Of a stretch of DNA of 24,000 nucleotides, positions 1-7,181 are shown piece after piece. The position numbers and the translations under genes are program-made. The stretch covers positions 1 to 24,000 of the forward strand of contig CAVVVW010000014.1 in assembly GCA_963751775.1 (NCBI GenBank), given 5' to 3'. Numbering within the stretch: position 1 is the first letter of the stretch; each line of letters begins with the position of its first letter. A model generated the notes under the pieces. That model made no database searches, was not told the origin of the DNA, and saw only the letters and a program-made list of their open reading frames with translations. Origin of the DNA: an uncultured beta proteobacterium. GTDB taxonomy: Bacteria > Pseudomonadota > Gammaproteobacteria > Burkholderiales > Burkholderiaceae_C.

Positions 1-215
1 AGGGCTCTGGCGAAGGGCTCGACTTGCGCGACCATGGCATCGTCTGCAGCACAGCCATCGATGTAGAAGAACGGGTCGTCGAACCAGTTCAGCAGTGCCT
101 CGCCCGCCTGTGCGCGGCCGGTCGACCCGGTGCCTGCGAGCATAAGCAACAACGCCGCGGCCGTGGCCGTCGCGACCCCGATGTCACTTCCTGCGCTGGA
201 TGAGGCAAAAGCCAT
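1..215 (-). CDS. partial CDS (N-terminal part only; continues past window start), putative secreted protein of unknown function
   Basis: A minus-strand frame stays open to position 1, so it is absent from the ORF track. ATG at 215-213 gives MAFASSSAGSDIGVATATAAALLLMLAGTGSTGRAQA/GE..., a signal-peptide-like pattern (hydrophobic core plus AQA). It overlaps the 3' end of the 184-567 gene by 32 nt. An alternative ATG lies at 145-143. Confidence 0.4.
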   Translation of the reverse strand, partial: MAFASSSAGSDIGVATATAAALLLMLAGTGSTGRAQAGEALLNWFDDPFFYIDGCAADDAMVAQVEPFARA

Positions 216-567
216 GGCCGAACGGGTCACTGCAAAACGCCGCCGAGCCATGCTCGGCGTTCTCGAACAGCTGTTCCTGCTTGGCGCCGGCCGCCAGCGC
301 CCTGTCCAGCGCGGCGCGCAGGTCGTCGACATGGAAGTCCAGGTGCACTGGCGTCCAGTGGCGCTCGTAGCGGCGCGTGTCCTTGGCGTGCAAGGCGGGC
401 TTGCTGCCAGGCCGCTTCTCGAGCAGGCAGATCTCGGTGTTGCCGGCCTTCATCACCACCACGCCCGGGACCGGCGCCGACGACTTGGCGAAGCCGAAGG
501 CGGCGGCAAAGAAACGAACACCTTCATCGATGTTCGGCACGTCGATGCTGATGGATACTGAATTCAT
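184..567 (-). CDS. VOC (glyoxalase/bleomycin-resistance/dioxygenase) family protein, 127 aa
   Basis: ORF-track protein MNSVSISIDVPNIDEGVRFFAAAFGF...HLDFHVDDL...DPFGHGFCL has the typical VOC beta-alpha-beta-beta-beta signature. GAGGAA lies upstream of the ATG. Confidence 0.85.
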   Translation of the reverse strand: MNSVSISIDVPNIDEGVRFFAAAFGFAKSSAPVPGVVVMKAGNTEICLLEKRPGSKPALHAKDTRRYERHWTPVHLDFHVDDLRAALDRALAAGAKQEQLFENAEHGSAAFCSDPFGHGFCLIQRRK

Positions 568-619
568 TGGTTCCTCACCGCAGGTATTCGAGCGTTCGCA
601 CGCGCGCCGTGCGCCATGG

Positions 620-626
620 GCTAGGC
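620..626 (-). other. candidate attC R'' box (minus strand GCCTAGC) containing the TAG stop of the 621-1049 gene
   Basis: The minus strand reads GCGCCTAGCCCATGG. The heptamer GCCTAGC is identical to the one right after the 5701-6258 stop (TGAGCCTAGCCCTGG). The remainder of this intergenic region (568-620) is short and only weakly palindromic. Confidence 0.35.
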
Positions 627-1049
627 GCCTTGCGCCGCCAGCAGCGCGCCGACCGCGTCGTATTCGTAGCTCGTGATCTCGTACGGATTGCCATCCGGGT
701 CCGCGAAGTACATCGACCAGGAGAGTCGATGATCTTCGGTTCGGGCCGCCTTGCCAAGCGCTGCGGCCAGATGCTCGCGCCAGGCCATGAAGCCGCGTGC
801 GGATACGCCCAGCGCGATGGTCGAGCGGCAGGACTGCGCGCTGCGCTCGAACAGCGCCAGGTGAATGCGCCCCGAGGCGTCGGCCAACGTGAGCGGGCCG
901 CCATCGGCCGCCCAGCCCTCGAGGCTCGGCACGCGCGACAGACCCAGCACGCGCGCATACCAGACCTCGGCGGCGGCCCGATCGGTGACGAAGACGTGGA
1001 TGTGATCGATGCCCTCCAGCGAGGGCGCGTTGTCTGTGGTGCCTGGCAT
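621..1049 (-). CDS. VOC/glyoxalase family protein, 142 aa
   Basis: C-terminal part of ORF 621..1550. MPGTTDNAPSLEGIDHIHVFVTDRAAAEVWYARVLGL...MYFADPDGNPYEITSY is VOC-like. The ATG at 1049-1047 was verified in the sequence. The upstream part of the long ORF is Arg-rich GC-artefact text. Confidence 0.8.
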   Translation of the reverse strand: MPGTTDNAPSLEGIDHIHVFVTDRAAAEVWYARVLGLSRVPSLEGWAADGGPLTLADASGRIHLALFERSAQSCRSTIALGVSARGFMAWREHLAAALGKAARTEDHRLSWSMYFADPDGNPYEITSYEYDAVGALLAAQGA

Positions 1050-1126
1050 ACCCGACCCTCCGCGGCTACAGCGCACCGTCGCAAGCACTATCGACATGCA
1101 TGCGCGGACCTCCCGATGCAGGTGAC

Positions 1127-1528
1127 TCAAAGGTGCGCGCAGTGTGCCGGCGTCTCGGCCCACCGATCGTGCATGCCGTCGACGTAAGTGATAGGCACCT
1201 TGGACAGCTCCTCCTCGGTGACGCCCTCGAGGCAGCCGACGTTGACACCGATCATCTTTCCGATCGGGGTCTCGTTGCCGACGCCGAACGCCCGCACGCC
1301 GCAATGCTTGCAGAAGAAGTGCTGGTTCTTCCGCGTGTTGAACACGTACTCGGTGAGGTCCTGTGCCCCCGAAAGCAGTCGAAACCCCTCCGGCCGGGCG
1401 ACCGCAGGCCAGAAGCGATTGCGCCTGCAGATCGAGCAGTTGCATCGGTACGTGGGCTGCGCGAGGTCGAGATCGGCTTCGAACCGGACCGCGCCGCAGT
1501 GGCAACTTCCGCTGTAGGTCTTCAACAT
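1127..1528 (-). CDS. GFA (glutathione-dependent formaldehyde-activating / CENP-V-like) family protein, 133 aa
   Basis: MLKTYSGSCHCGAVRFEADL...YRCNCSICRR...FFCKHCG shows the Cys-rich GFA zinc-binding pattern. The ATG at 1528-1526 was verified. Confidence 0.85.
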   Translation of the reverse strand: MLKTYSGSCHCGAVRFEADLDLAQPTYRCNCSICRRNRFWPAVARPEGFRLLSGAQDLTEYVFNTRKNQHFFCKHCGVRAFGVGNETPIGKMIGVNVGCLEGVTEEELSKVPITYVDGMHDRWAETPAHCAHL

Positions 1529-1538
1529 GCTGCAATGC

Positions 1539-1545
1539 TCCCAAC
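1539..1545 (-). other. candidate attC R' core (minus strand GTTGGGA) 10 nt upstream of the 1127-1528 start
   Basis: The minus strand reads ...tttgtttgcaGTTGGGAgcattgcagcATG. It is preceded by the hairpin TGGGC-N13-GCCCA. The partner R'' is unclear (CGGCAAC lies inside the end of the upstream gene). Confidence 0.3.
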
Positions 1546-1581
1546 TGCAAACAAATGGGCTCGCGCGGCCAGGGCCCACCT

Positions 1582-1980
1582 TCAAGACCGGTTGCCGCCG
1601 GCGGTGGGCGGCATTGTCATCTCGCCAACGTACTTCCAGGTGTCGGCACCGTCGAACAGGCGAATGCGAAACGGGCCCAGCAAAGCGGGCTCGAACAACC
1701 TGACGTTGACTTCGACCTTGCTCTGCGGCGTCGGGTTCGCCGGATCGACGTGGGTCGTGCAGCCGCAGGTGCGGCAACGCACGAAGCGCCTGGTCCCTTG
1801 ACCCCAAACGTAGGTCTCGGTTGCGCCAGCCGGGAATTCGATGCGCACTTCGTCGATCGAGTAGAAGGCCCATAGCGCACCCAGCCGCCGGCAGATCGTG
1901 CAATTGCAGTTCGTGACCGTCGCGGGCGCATGCGGTATCTCGATCCGGACCGCGCCGCAGTGACAGCTTGCCGATATCAC
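1582..1980 (-). CDS. GFA family protein (second copy), 132 aa from GTG 1980; the ORF-track version extends to 2037
   Basis: ...ISASCHCGAVRIEIPHAP...NCNCTICRR...CRTCGC is GFA-like. GTG 1980-1978 has AAGG 8 nt upstream and sits 10 nt after the stop of the upstream gene (1991). The 2037 start would overlap that gene by 47 nt. Confidence 0.75.
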   Translation of the reverse strand: MISASCHCGAVRIEIPHAPATVTNCNCTICRRLGALWAFYSIDEVRIEFPAGATETYVWGQGTRRFVRCRTCGCTTHVDPANPTPQSKVEVNVRLFEPALLGPFRIRLFDGADTWKYVGEMTMPPTAGGNRS

Positions 1981-1990
1981 GGGTACACCT

Positions 1991-2641
1991 TCATCGGTGG
2001 TCGCCCTGGGCGCATCGCGAATACCTCGTGAAGCCATCCTTGCTCAGGACGTCGATCGTGTCGGCGTCGATCACCTTGTAGTTCGGGTCGTCGACGATGC
2101 TCGTATCGGGCCGGTAGGTCCCGGGCTTGAAGCAACCGCCGGGCCCGCAGAACGACACGGCGTAGGTGTTCGCCGCGCCCGACGGTTCGACGATGAGGCC
2201 GAAGTTCTGCGCACATTGGGTCTTCCAGAAGCCGGTGAATGGAAAGGCCGGATCGGCCTTGAGCGTGCCGGCGGCGCTTGCACTCGTCCGGGACGGGTCG
2301 TTGTTATCGACCGCCATCATGTCGACCACGAAAACCAGTTGGGCCACGAGCATGGCCAGCATCAGCAGCGAAGACAGCCGTGCAAGAAGCGCCCACAGCC
2401 GCGGGCCGCGGTAGCGCCCGGCGCTGCGCCACACACCAACCGTCGCCAGCATCTGGTAGCCGCAGGCGACGGTCGCGACGCCGACGGCAATGTACACAAA
2501 CGCGGTGGCCGCCCCGCTGCCCACCGACAACAGGAAGTTGGGCAGCACGAACATGGCCACGACGAGCACGGCGACACTGGCGATCCAGAACGCCACGGGC
2601 AGCGAGAGGTCGCCGTTCCACAGTCGCCGCATCGTGTGCAT
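1991..2641 (-). CDS. hypothetical membrane protein, 216 aa (about 4 N-terminal TM helices plus a Cys-containing C-terminal domain)
   Basis: The ORF-track protein has hydrophobic stretches (VAFWIASVAVLVVAMFVL, FVYIAVGVATVACGY, LSSLLMLAMLVAQLVFVV). No family was recognised. Confidence 0.65.
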   Translation of the reverse strand: MHTMRRLWNGDLSLPVAFWIASVAVLVVAMFVLPNFLLSVGSGAATAFVYIAVGVATVACGYQMLATVGVWRSAGRYRGPRLWALLARLSSLLMLAMLVAQLVFVVDMMAVDNNDPSRTSASAAGTLKADPAFPFTGFWKTQCAQNFGLIVEPSGAANTYAVSFCGPGGCFKPGTYRPDTSIVDDPNYKVIDADTIDVLSKDGFTRYSRCAQGDHR

Positions 2642-2699
2642 CGGGTGACTCGGTCAAAGCGCGGCTGATGTACCCGCCGTATGGGATGTGAACCCGACG

Positions 2700-3185
2700 C
2701 TACGGTGCGCCCGCCGGCCCGAGCGGCTTGAACAGGTTGATATTGGTCGGCTCATAGCCCAGCTTGGCGTAAAGCGCCCGGGCGCCCGCGTTGTGGCCGA
2801 AGACATGCAGCGAAATCCCGGCCAGGCCCAGCCTTCGCACCTCGTCCTCCAGCGCGAGGAATGCACGCATGGCGTGTCCTTCACGCTGGCGCTCGGGCCT
2901 GACGCTGACGTCGTACACGTATGCGATGCGCGCATTGAACTTCGTCGTCACGGCGAACCAGAGCATGCCGACGGCAACGGACTGGGGATCGACGATGGAA
3001 AAGAAATGGTTGTCCGGTGTCTCGAGACCTTGCGGGAGCAATTGATCATTCTCGCGCCGCGATTGTTCGAGCGACTCTGCTTCCGACCATTGGCCCGAGG
3101 CGACCTTGTCCGCGGCGTACGCCGGAATCGACTCCGCGAGCCAATCGGCGTACTCGGATGGCGTCATCGCGCGCAGTGCCGTCAT
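2700..3185 (-). CDS. GNAT family N-acetyltransferase, 161 aa
   Basis: ...YVYDVSVRPERQREGHAMRAFLALEDEVRRLGLAGISLHVFGHNAGARALYAKLGY matches GNAT motif A (Q/RxxGxG/A-like) and motif B. Confidence 0.9.
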   Translation of the reverse strand: MTALRAMTPSEYADWLAESIPAYAADKVASGQWSEAESLEQSRRENDQLLPQGLETPDNHFFSIVDPQSVAVGMLWFAVTTKFNARIAYVYDVSVRPERQREGHAMRAFLALEDEVRRLGLAGISLHVFGHNAGARALYAKLGYEPTNINLFKPLGPAGAP

Positions 3186-3291
3186 GGGTGTTCTTCGAGT
3201 GCTCGACGATTGATGCGGACGTACGGACGCGCCGTCACCTGGCTTTCGCTCTCGATGGCGATCAGGAAGCCAAACCAGCCCCTGGCTTGCC
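3186..3291 (-). other. candidate degenerate attC (contains the CCATCGAG box shared with two better attC sites)
   Basis: The minus strand reads ...ggcaAGCCAGGggctggtttggcttcctgatcgCCATCGAGagcgaaAGCCAGGtg...gcaCTCGAAGAACacccATG. The 8-mer CTCGATGG (+ strand, 3251-3258) recurs at the equivalent place at 5676 and 9036. There is no clean GTT core before the ATG. Confidence 0.3.
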
Positions 3292-3588
3292 TCACTGCTT
3301 CATGCCCACGAGCCACTGTCGAACCGCCGCCCTGAGCAGGCCCGACTGGACGGCCGGATCCGCATTCGCGAAGGCGGTGATCTCTGCCTCGCTCAGCCCC
3401 TCGGCGGGAATCATCATGCCGCCGGCATGCTCGTCCAGGAACGGGCCACCGAGGGCCAGCTTGCCCTGGCTGAGCCACTGGCGAAAGTGGGCGATGTGAT
3501 CCTGGATGCCTTCCTGCTCGAAGATCGGCAGCCCATGCTTCCAGCGCGGGCCCGGCGCGTGAACGATGACGTGGCGGATGTCTCTCAT
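3292..3588 (-). CDS. YciI family protein, 98 aa
   Basis: MRDIRHVIVHAPGPRWKHGLP...HIAHFRQWLSQGKLALGGPFLD...GGMMI is YciI-like. A strong RBS (GAAGGAGG) lies upstream of the ATG at 3588-3586. Confidence 0.85.
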   Translation of the reverse strand: MRDIRHVIVHAPGPRWKHGLPIFEQEGIQDHIAHFRQWLSQGKLALGGPFLDEHAGGMMIPAEGLSEAEITAFANADPAVQSGLLRAAVRQWLVGMKQ

Positions 3589-4034
3589 GGGGCCTCCTTC
3601 ATTCGTGTGTCCTTGCTCGTTTGTCTCAAACGGGTACCCATCCAATGACCCAACCACGCCATCGGCAGGTAAGCGGCCAGCAGGTCGACTGCGATGAACC
3701 AGGCAGGGGCGGGGATCATGAGACTTGCCGCCACGCCACCACAAAGAAAGACGGCGCCGATCACGTAAGCCAAAGGCGCCTTGTGGGTGGCTGCGATGAG
3801 GTGCGCGGCGTGCGCGCCAGCCAGCGTGCCGAGTGCATGCGCCAGGAACGGCATCACGAAGTGCCGCGGTTCGAACAGGTGCATCGCCTTGCGCAGGCTT
3901 TCGGCATTGTTCACATCGACGCCCGCCGGCGCAGGAATGAGCGATGGGCCGAGGGTGATGAGTGCCATGTTGACGGCGCCGCCGACGGCGATCCCCGCAA
4001 AGACGGCGAGCACGTTTCGCAACAGCGCGGGCAT
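3585..4034 (-). CDS. hypothetical membrane protein, 149 aa, translationally coupled to the YciI gene
   Basis: MPALLRNVLAVFAGIAVGGAVNMALITL... is hydrophobic. AGGAGA lies 7 nt upstream of ATG 4034. Its stop overlaps the YciI start (ATGA, 3585-3588). Confidence 0.65.
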   Translation of the reverse strand: MPALLRNVLAVFAGIAVGGAVNMALITLGPSLIPAPAGVDVNNAESLRKAMHLFEPRHFVMPFLAHALGTLAGAHAAHLIAATHKAPLAYVIGAVFLCGGVAASLMIPAPAWFIAVDLLAAYLPMAWLGHWMGTRLRQTSKDTRMKEAP

Positions 4035-4045
4035 CGGCGACTCTC

Positions 4046-4237
4046 CTAATAGGCGCAAGCTTGCACGTCAGCCCGCTGGCAGGGTCGGACGCTTGCCACC
4101 GCTCTTTGCGTGGCACCGCCTTTGCAGCCAACGAGCCGGAACTTCGGCCGCATCACGTCCTGCACGTCCTGCACTTCCGGCGCGAACGCGGCAATGTATT
4201 CGTCGATCGTCGCTGCGGCCGGACGCCTGGTTGCCAT
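4046..4237 (-). pseudogene. remnant of a DUF1801 (YdhG-like) gene; only the N-terminal ~30 codons look homologous
   Basis: MATRRPAAATIDEYIAAFAPEVQDVQDV... resembles the conserved TIDEYIAxFPxEVQ start of DUF1801 proteins and then loses similarity. Only 249 nt are available between the flanking genes. It contains a 9-bp tandem duplication and a GTTGGCT core-like site. Confidence 0.4.
4154..4171. repeat. perfect 9-bp tandem duplication cacgtcctg x2 inside the DUF1801 remnant
   Basis: Read directly: 4154-4162 and 4163-4171 are identical. This encodes the VQDVQD repeat. Confidence 0.9.
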
Positions 4238-4283
4238 GGTGTCTTGGTGGACGATCGCAGCGCGTCAAGTGTCGCGGATGCCG

Positions 4284-4883
4284 CTATGGCAGATAGGGCG
4301 CGATGTTCTTCATGGCAAGCGTTACGTACGCCTCCTTCTCGCCGACAGGCGCCACATAGTGCAGAGCCTGCCTGGCTGCCTCCGGGCCTTCGGTGCGCGC
4401 GATGATCCACGCCGCGAGATAGGGGGACGCAAAGCATCCGCCAGCGGTGGCAATGTTTCCTCGCGCGAAGAACGGCTGGTTCAAGACCTCGACCCCGGCC
4501 TCGAGAACCCATGGCTTGGTCGTCAGATCGGTACAGGCGGGCAGCGCGCCCAGTATCCCGAGCTTCGCCAGAACCAGAGTGCCTGAACATTGGGCGGCGA
4601 TGAGTTGGCGCGCGGGGTCGAGCCGCAGTTGTGCCATCAACGCGGCGTCGTTCACAACCTCGCGCGTCTTGATGCCGCTGCCGACGATGACCGCATCGGC
4701 GGCCCGGGCCTCGGCCAATGTGGACTGGGCATGCACCGTGACGCCGTTCATCGACGTGACGGACGGTTCCGGACAGCAGATCGTCACTCGCCAGTTCGGT
4801 TTCTTGATGCGATTGAGCAGGCCGAGCGCGATGAACGAGTCGAGCTCGTTGAAGCCCTGGAAGGTGAGGATGGCGATGTGCAT
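4284..4883 (-). CDS. DJ-1/PfpI family protein, 199 aa
   Basis: MHIAILTFQGFNELDSF...LIAAQCSGTLVLAKLGIL... shows the nucleophile-elbow Cys context typical of DJ-1/PfpI (class I glutamine amidotransferase-like). Confidence 0.9.
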   Translation of the reverse strand: MHIAILTFQGFNELDSFIALGLLNRIKKPNWRVTICCPEPSVTSMNGVTVHAQSTLAEARAADAVIVGSGIKTREVVNDAALMAQLRLDPARQLIAAQCSGTLVLAKLGILGALPACTDLTTKPWVLEAGVEVLNQPFFARGNIATAGGCFASPYLAAWIIARTEGPEAARQALHYVAPVGEKEAYVTLAMKNIAPYLP

Positions 4884-4910
4884 ATCGCGATTGTGCCGTG
4901 CCGTCTACAT

Positions 4911-4966
4911 GGCAGCGCGAGCATCGGCCATTGGAATGGTGGCCCGACGCTTGTCCCGCACTAGGC
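4911..4966 (-). other. candidate attC of the cassette ending with the 4961-5335 VOC gene
   Basis: Minus strand: R''-like GCCTAGT (4966-4960) contains the TAG stop. An imperfect palindrome follows (CAAGCGTCGGGCCACCATT / AATGGCCGATGCTCG, with bulges). GTAGAC (4916-4911) lies 27 nt upstream of the DJ-1 ATG. Confidence 0.4.
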
Positions 4967-5335
4967 CTCGGGCGCGTGGCAGACCGCTTCGATGTTGTGC
5001 CCGTCCGGACCGATGACGAAAGCTGCGTAGTAGTTGGCGTGATAGTGCGGGCGCAGGCCGGGCGCACCATTGTCTTTGCCGCCCGCCGCCAGCGCCGCGC
5101 GATAGAAAGCTTCGACTTGCCGGCGACTCTCGGCCGCGAACGCCAGGTGAAGAGGCGCCGGCTTCTCATCGGCTTGGTACAAGCACAACGAAGCTGGCCC
5201 CTTGGCAATGAGCTCGACACCGTAGGTTGGCGGACCCTCCGCGGCGACAACGACGCCGAGCGGTTCGAGTGCCTTCAAGAAGAACGCCTTGCTCGCTGCA
5301 TAGTCGCTGACTCCGAACTTGACGTGGTCAAACAT
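4961..5335 (-). CDS. VOC/glyoxalase family protein, 124 aa
   Basis: MFDHVKFGVSDYAASKAFFLKALEPLG...HLAFAAESRRQVEAFYRAALAAGG...GPDGHNIEAV is a classic small VOC protein. Confidence 0.9.
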   Translation of the reverse strand: MFDHVKFGVSDYAASKAFFLKALEPLGVVVAAEGPPTYGVELIAKGPASLCLYQADEKPAPLHLAFAAESRRQVEAFYRAALAAGGKDNGAPGLRPHYHANYYAAFVIGPDGHNIEAVCHAPEA

Positions 5336-5363
5336 GCGTACTCCTGGAGCGAAGGTTCAGGCA

Positions 5364-5612
5364 TCAGGCTTCGTCCTTCGGTGCGGGATTGGCCCGAAGC
5401 TTGAAGGCGAGGACGAGAAGTGCAATGCCGGCCATGAAGAGCACAAGCCCGGGCAGCGTGATGTCGATATGAACCTTGATGTCGCCAACGCCTGCCGGGC
5501 GCTCGACCCGCACCGCGCTGTAGCCACTCACCGCCAGACACACGATCGCGCCAATGGAGGCAGTGAGTGTGGACAGACGCCAACGGTGCAAGCGGGTTTG
5601 ATCCATGGGCAC
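5364..5612 (-). CDS. small hypothetical membrane protein, 82 aa (80 aa if ATG 5606 is used)
   Basis: Two hydrophobic helices (LSTLTASIGAIVCLAVSGY, LPGLVLFMAGIALLVLAF). GTG at 5612, ATG at 5606. It is 28 nt upstream of the VOC gene, which has an AGGAG RBS. Confidence 0.5.
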   Translation of the reverse strand: MPMDQTRLHRWRLSTLTASIGAIVCLAVSGYSAVRVERPAGVGDIKVHIDITLPGLVLFMAGIALLVLAFKLRANPAPKDEA

Positions 5613-5616
5613 TGAT

Positions 5617-5700
5617 GTCTAACGGTTGACACGAGGTGCGGGCGACAGCTGGTGGAGCAAGCAGTTGCACGTCCCCTCGATGGAACGGCCAGGGCTAGGC
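5617..5700 (-). other. attC site (84 nt) of the cassette ending with the phosphatase gene
   Basis: Minus strand: TGA-GCCTAGC(R'')-ccctggccgtt-CCATCGAG-gggacgtgcaactgcttgctccaccagctgtcgcccgca-CCTCGTG-tcaacc-GTTAGAC(R', a perfect GTTRRRY match). CATCGAGG pairs with CCTCGTG, leaving one extrahelical T. R' lies 4-10 nt upstream of the next start. Confidence 0.65.
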
Positions 5701-6258
5701 TCAGTACGGCTCAAACGGAATATCCGCCTTTCGGAGCTGGGACACCAGCAGGCTCTTCCATGGGCCCTGCGGCGACCAGACTTGTGCGACCGATTCATAG
5801 GCTTGCTCCGGCTTCTCGCGACCGACGATGACGCGGTACAGGAACGTCATGCTAGAGGCGCGCATGTTGACCTGGCAATGGACGAGGACCTTGCGATCGC
5901 GAAGTCTGTCCATGGCGGCGACGAACGACTGGAAGTCGGTCTCCGTCGGATCTCCGAACTTGATCGGGATGTTCGTGAACTCAAGACCTTGCTTGCGAAC
6001 GATGTCTGCTTCACCCGCAATGGCATCTGGCACCGTGGGTGGCGCCAGGTAGATGACTGCCTGAAACCCCTGTGCTGCGAGACCAGAGAGTGCCTCCGCC
6101 GTCGGTTGACCCGACGTGACCAGCCGTGGCGATATGGACACGACGTTCGGTGCGTCGAGGACTTGACCGGCCGCGAGCGCACTCCCACACAAAGCAAGCG
6201 CGGTGACAAGCGCGAGCGCTGCCGCGGCGTGCCTATGGATGTGTGCAGCGATGCGCAT
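5701..6258 (-). CDS. secreted PTP-superfamily (DSP/DUF442-like) phosphatase-like protein, 185 aa
   Basis: Signal-peptide-like N-terminus (AAAALALVTALALCGSALAAG). The motif ...KVLVHCQVNMRASSMTFLY resembles the HC(X)nR(S/T) P-loop of Cys phosphatases, but the spacing read here is C-X4-R rather than C-X5-R. Confidence 0.65.
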   Translation of the reverse strand: MRIAAHIHRHAAAALALVTALALCGSALAAGQVLDAPNVVSISPRLVTSGQPTAEALSGLAAQGFQAVIYLAPPTVPDAIAGEADIVRKQGLEFTNIPIKFGDPTETDFQSFVAAMDRLRDRKVLVHCQVNMRASSMTFLYRVIVGREKPEQAYESVAQVWSPQGPWKSLLVSQLRKADIPFEPY

Positions 6259-6281
6259 CCCGTGGGCCCCAAGGCTTCAAC

Positions 6282-6698
6282 TTACGCCCGGCGAAGATTC
6301 GCATCGGGAACACGCCGCGACAGCCACAGAAGATAGGTGCCGACGACCGCATCGACCACGAAGCAGAACACGGGATACCAAACCGGAACGCCAGTGTTTG
6401 TGATGAGCTGGCTGTGTACCAGGTCGTACAGCCCGTGCAGCAGCCAGAATGCGCCGACCACGACGGCCGACTGGCGGACGCTGACAAAAGCGAAGACAAG
6501 GCCGGCAACGACGTACGGCGCGCCGTAGATCATCTCCTTGACGCCCACGGCCGGCTCGCCTGCCTGCAAAGCGAAGAACGCGTAGAGGCCAGGCAGCGTG
6601 AGCAGGCCCAACGCATACAACCAACGTTCGCCACGAATGAATCGCGCGGTCACGATCGTGAGAACACCAACCGCCGCACCGATAAGTGCCTCGATCAC
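6282..6698 (-). CDS. hypothetical 4-TM membrane protein, 138 aa
   Basis: VIEALIGAAVGVLTIVTARF...AFWLLHGLYDLVH... GTG 6698-6696 is preceded by GAGGAG (6 nt spacer). It overlaps the upstream stop as GTGA (6695-6698). Confidence 0.65.
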   Translation of the reverse strand: MIEALIGAAVGVLTIVTARFIRGERWLYALGLLTLPGLYAFFALQAGEPAVGVKEMIYGAPYVVAGLVFAFVSVRQSAVVVGAFWLLHGLYDLVHSQLITNTGVPVWYPVFCFVVDAVVGTYLLWLSRRVPDANLRRA

Positions 6699-7147
6699 AG
6701 CTCGCTCCTCTCTGTAGACGCATGACGTTGGGGCTGAGGGGCTGGCGCCGGGAGTTCGCTTGGCCCGCGGCGCGGCGGGAAGCGCCACCAAACGAACAGC
6801 ACCAACACTGCAAACGCGGAGTAGCCCACGGTGAAGACCCAGACCGGCGCCTCGTAGTAAATGAGCCTTTGGAGCCAGTGCTCGATGAAGCTCTTCTCGT
6901 ACGCAGCGGCGCCTGCTTGAACGCGGAGCCAGGATTCCAGAGTCGTGAGCGGACAGAACTGCCCCAACCAGACCTGAAGGACGACAACGGCAATGGCTGC
7001 CAGATGCGCCGACCGGAACCACAACTGGTTGGCCCAGCGCCAGTGCAACCAGTTTCCTGCCACAACGACGACAAGGCCGCCAACAACGAAGAGCACGACG
7101 CCGAAGTGGAAGACGAGCACTGCATCCGCCAGAAGCTGGTAGGGCAC
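6695..7147 (-). CDS. DUF2784 family membrane protein, about 150 aa
   Basis: VPYQLLADAVLVFHFGVVLFVVGGLVVV...CPLTTLE... matches the DUF2784 pattern as I recall it. A GTG start at 7147-7145 is proposed (AGGA 8 nt upstream). The upstream part of the ORF-track ORF overlaps the CZB gene. Confidence 0.6.
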   Translation of the reverse strand: MPYQLLADAVLVFHFGVVLFVVGGLVVVVAGNWLHWRWANQLWFRSAHLAAIAVVVLQVWLGQFCPLTTLESWLRVQAGAAAYEKSFIEHWLQRLIYYEAPVWVFTVGYSAFAVLVLFVWWRFPPRRGPSELPAPAPQPQRHASTERSEL

Positions 7148-7174
7148 GAGTGGAGTCCTCGCGTCGAACCAGGC

Positions 7175-7181
7175 GTTAGGC
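7175..7181 (-). other. orphan attC R'' box GCCTAAC (perfect RYYYAAC) containing the TAA stop of the CZB gene
   Basis: The minus strand reads gtcGCCTAACgcctgg. No foldable partner or R' was found before the DUF2784 start 28 nt downstream. This suggests a truncated attC and fused cassettes. Confidence 0.4.

Noticed and set aside
130-561. + strand 143-aa ORF at the left edge
   Set aside because: It is antisense to the VOC gene 184-567, which has a clear family signature and RBS. The + frame has no motifs.
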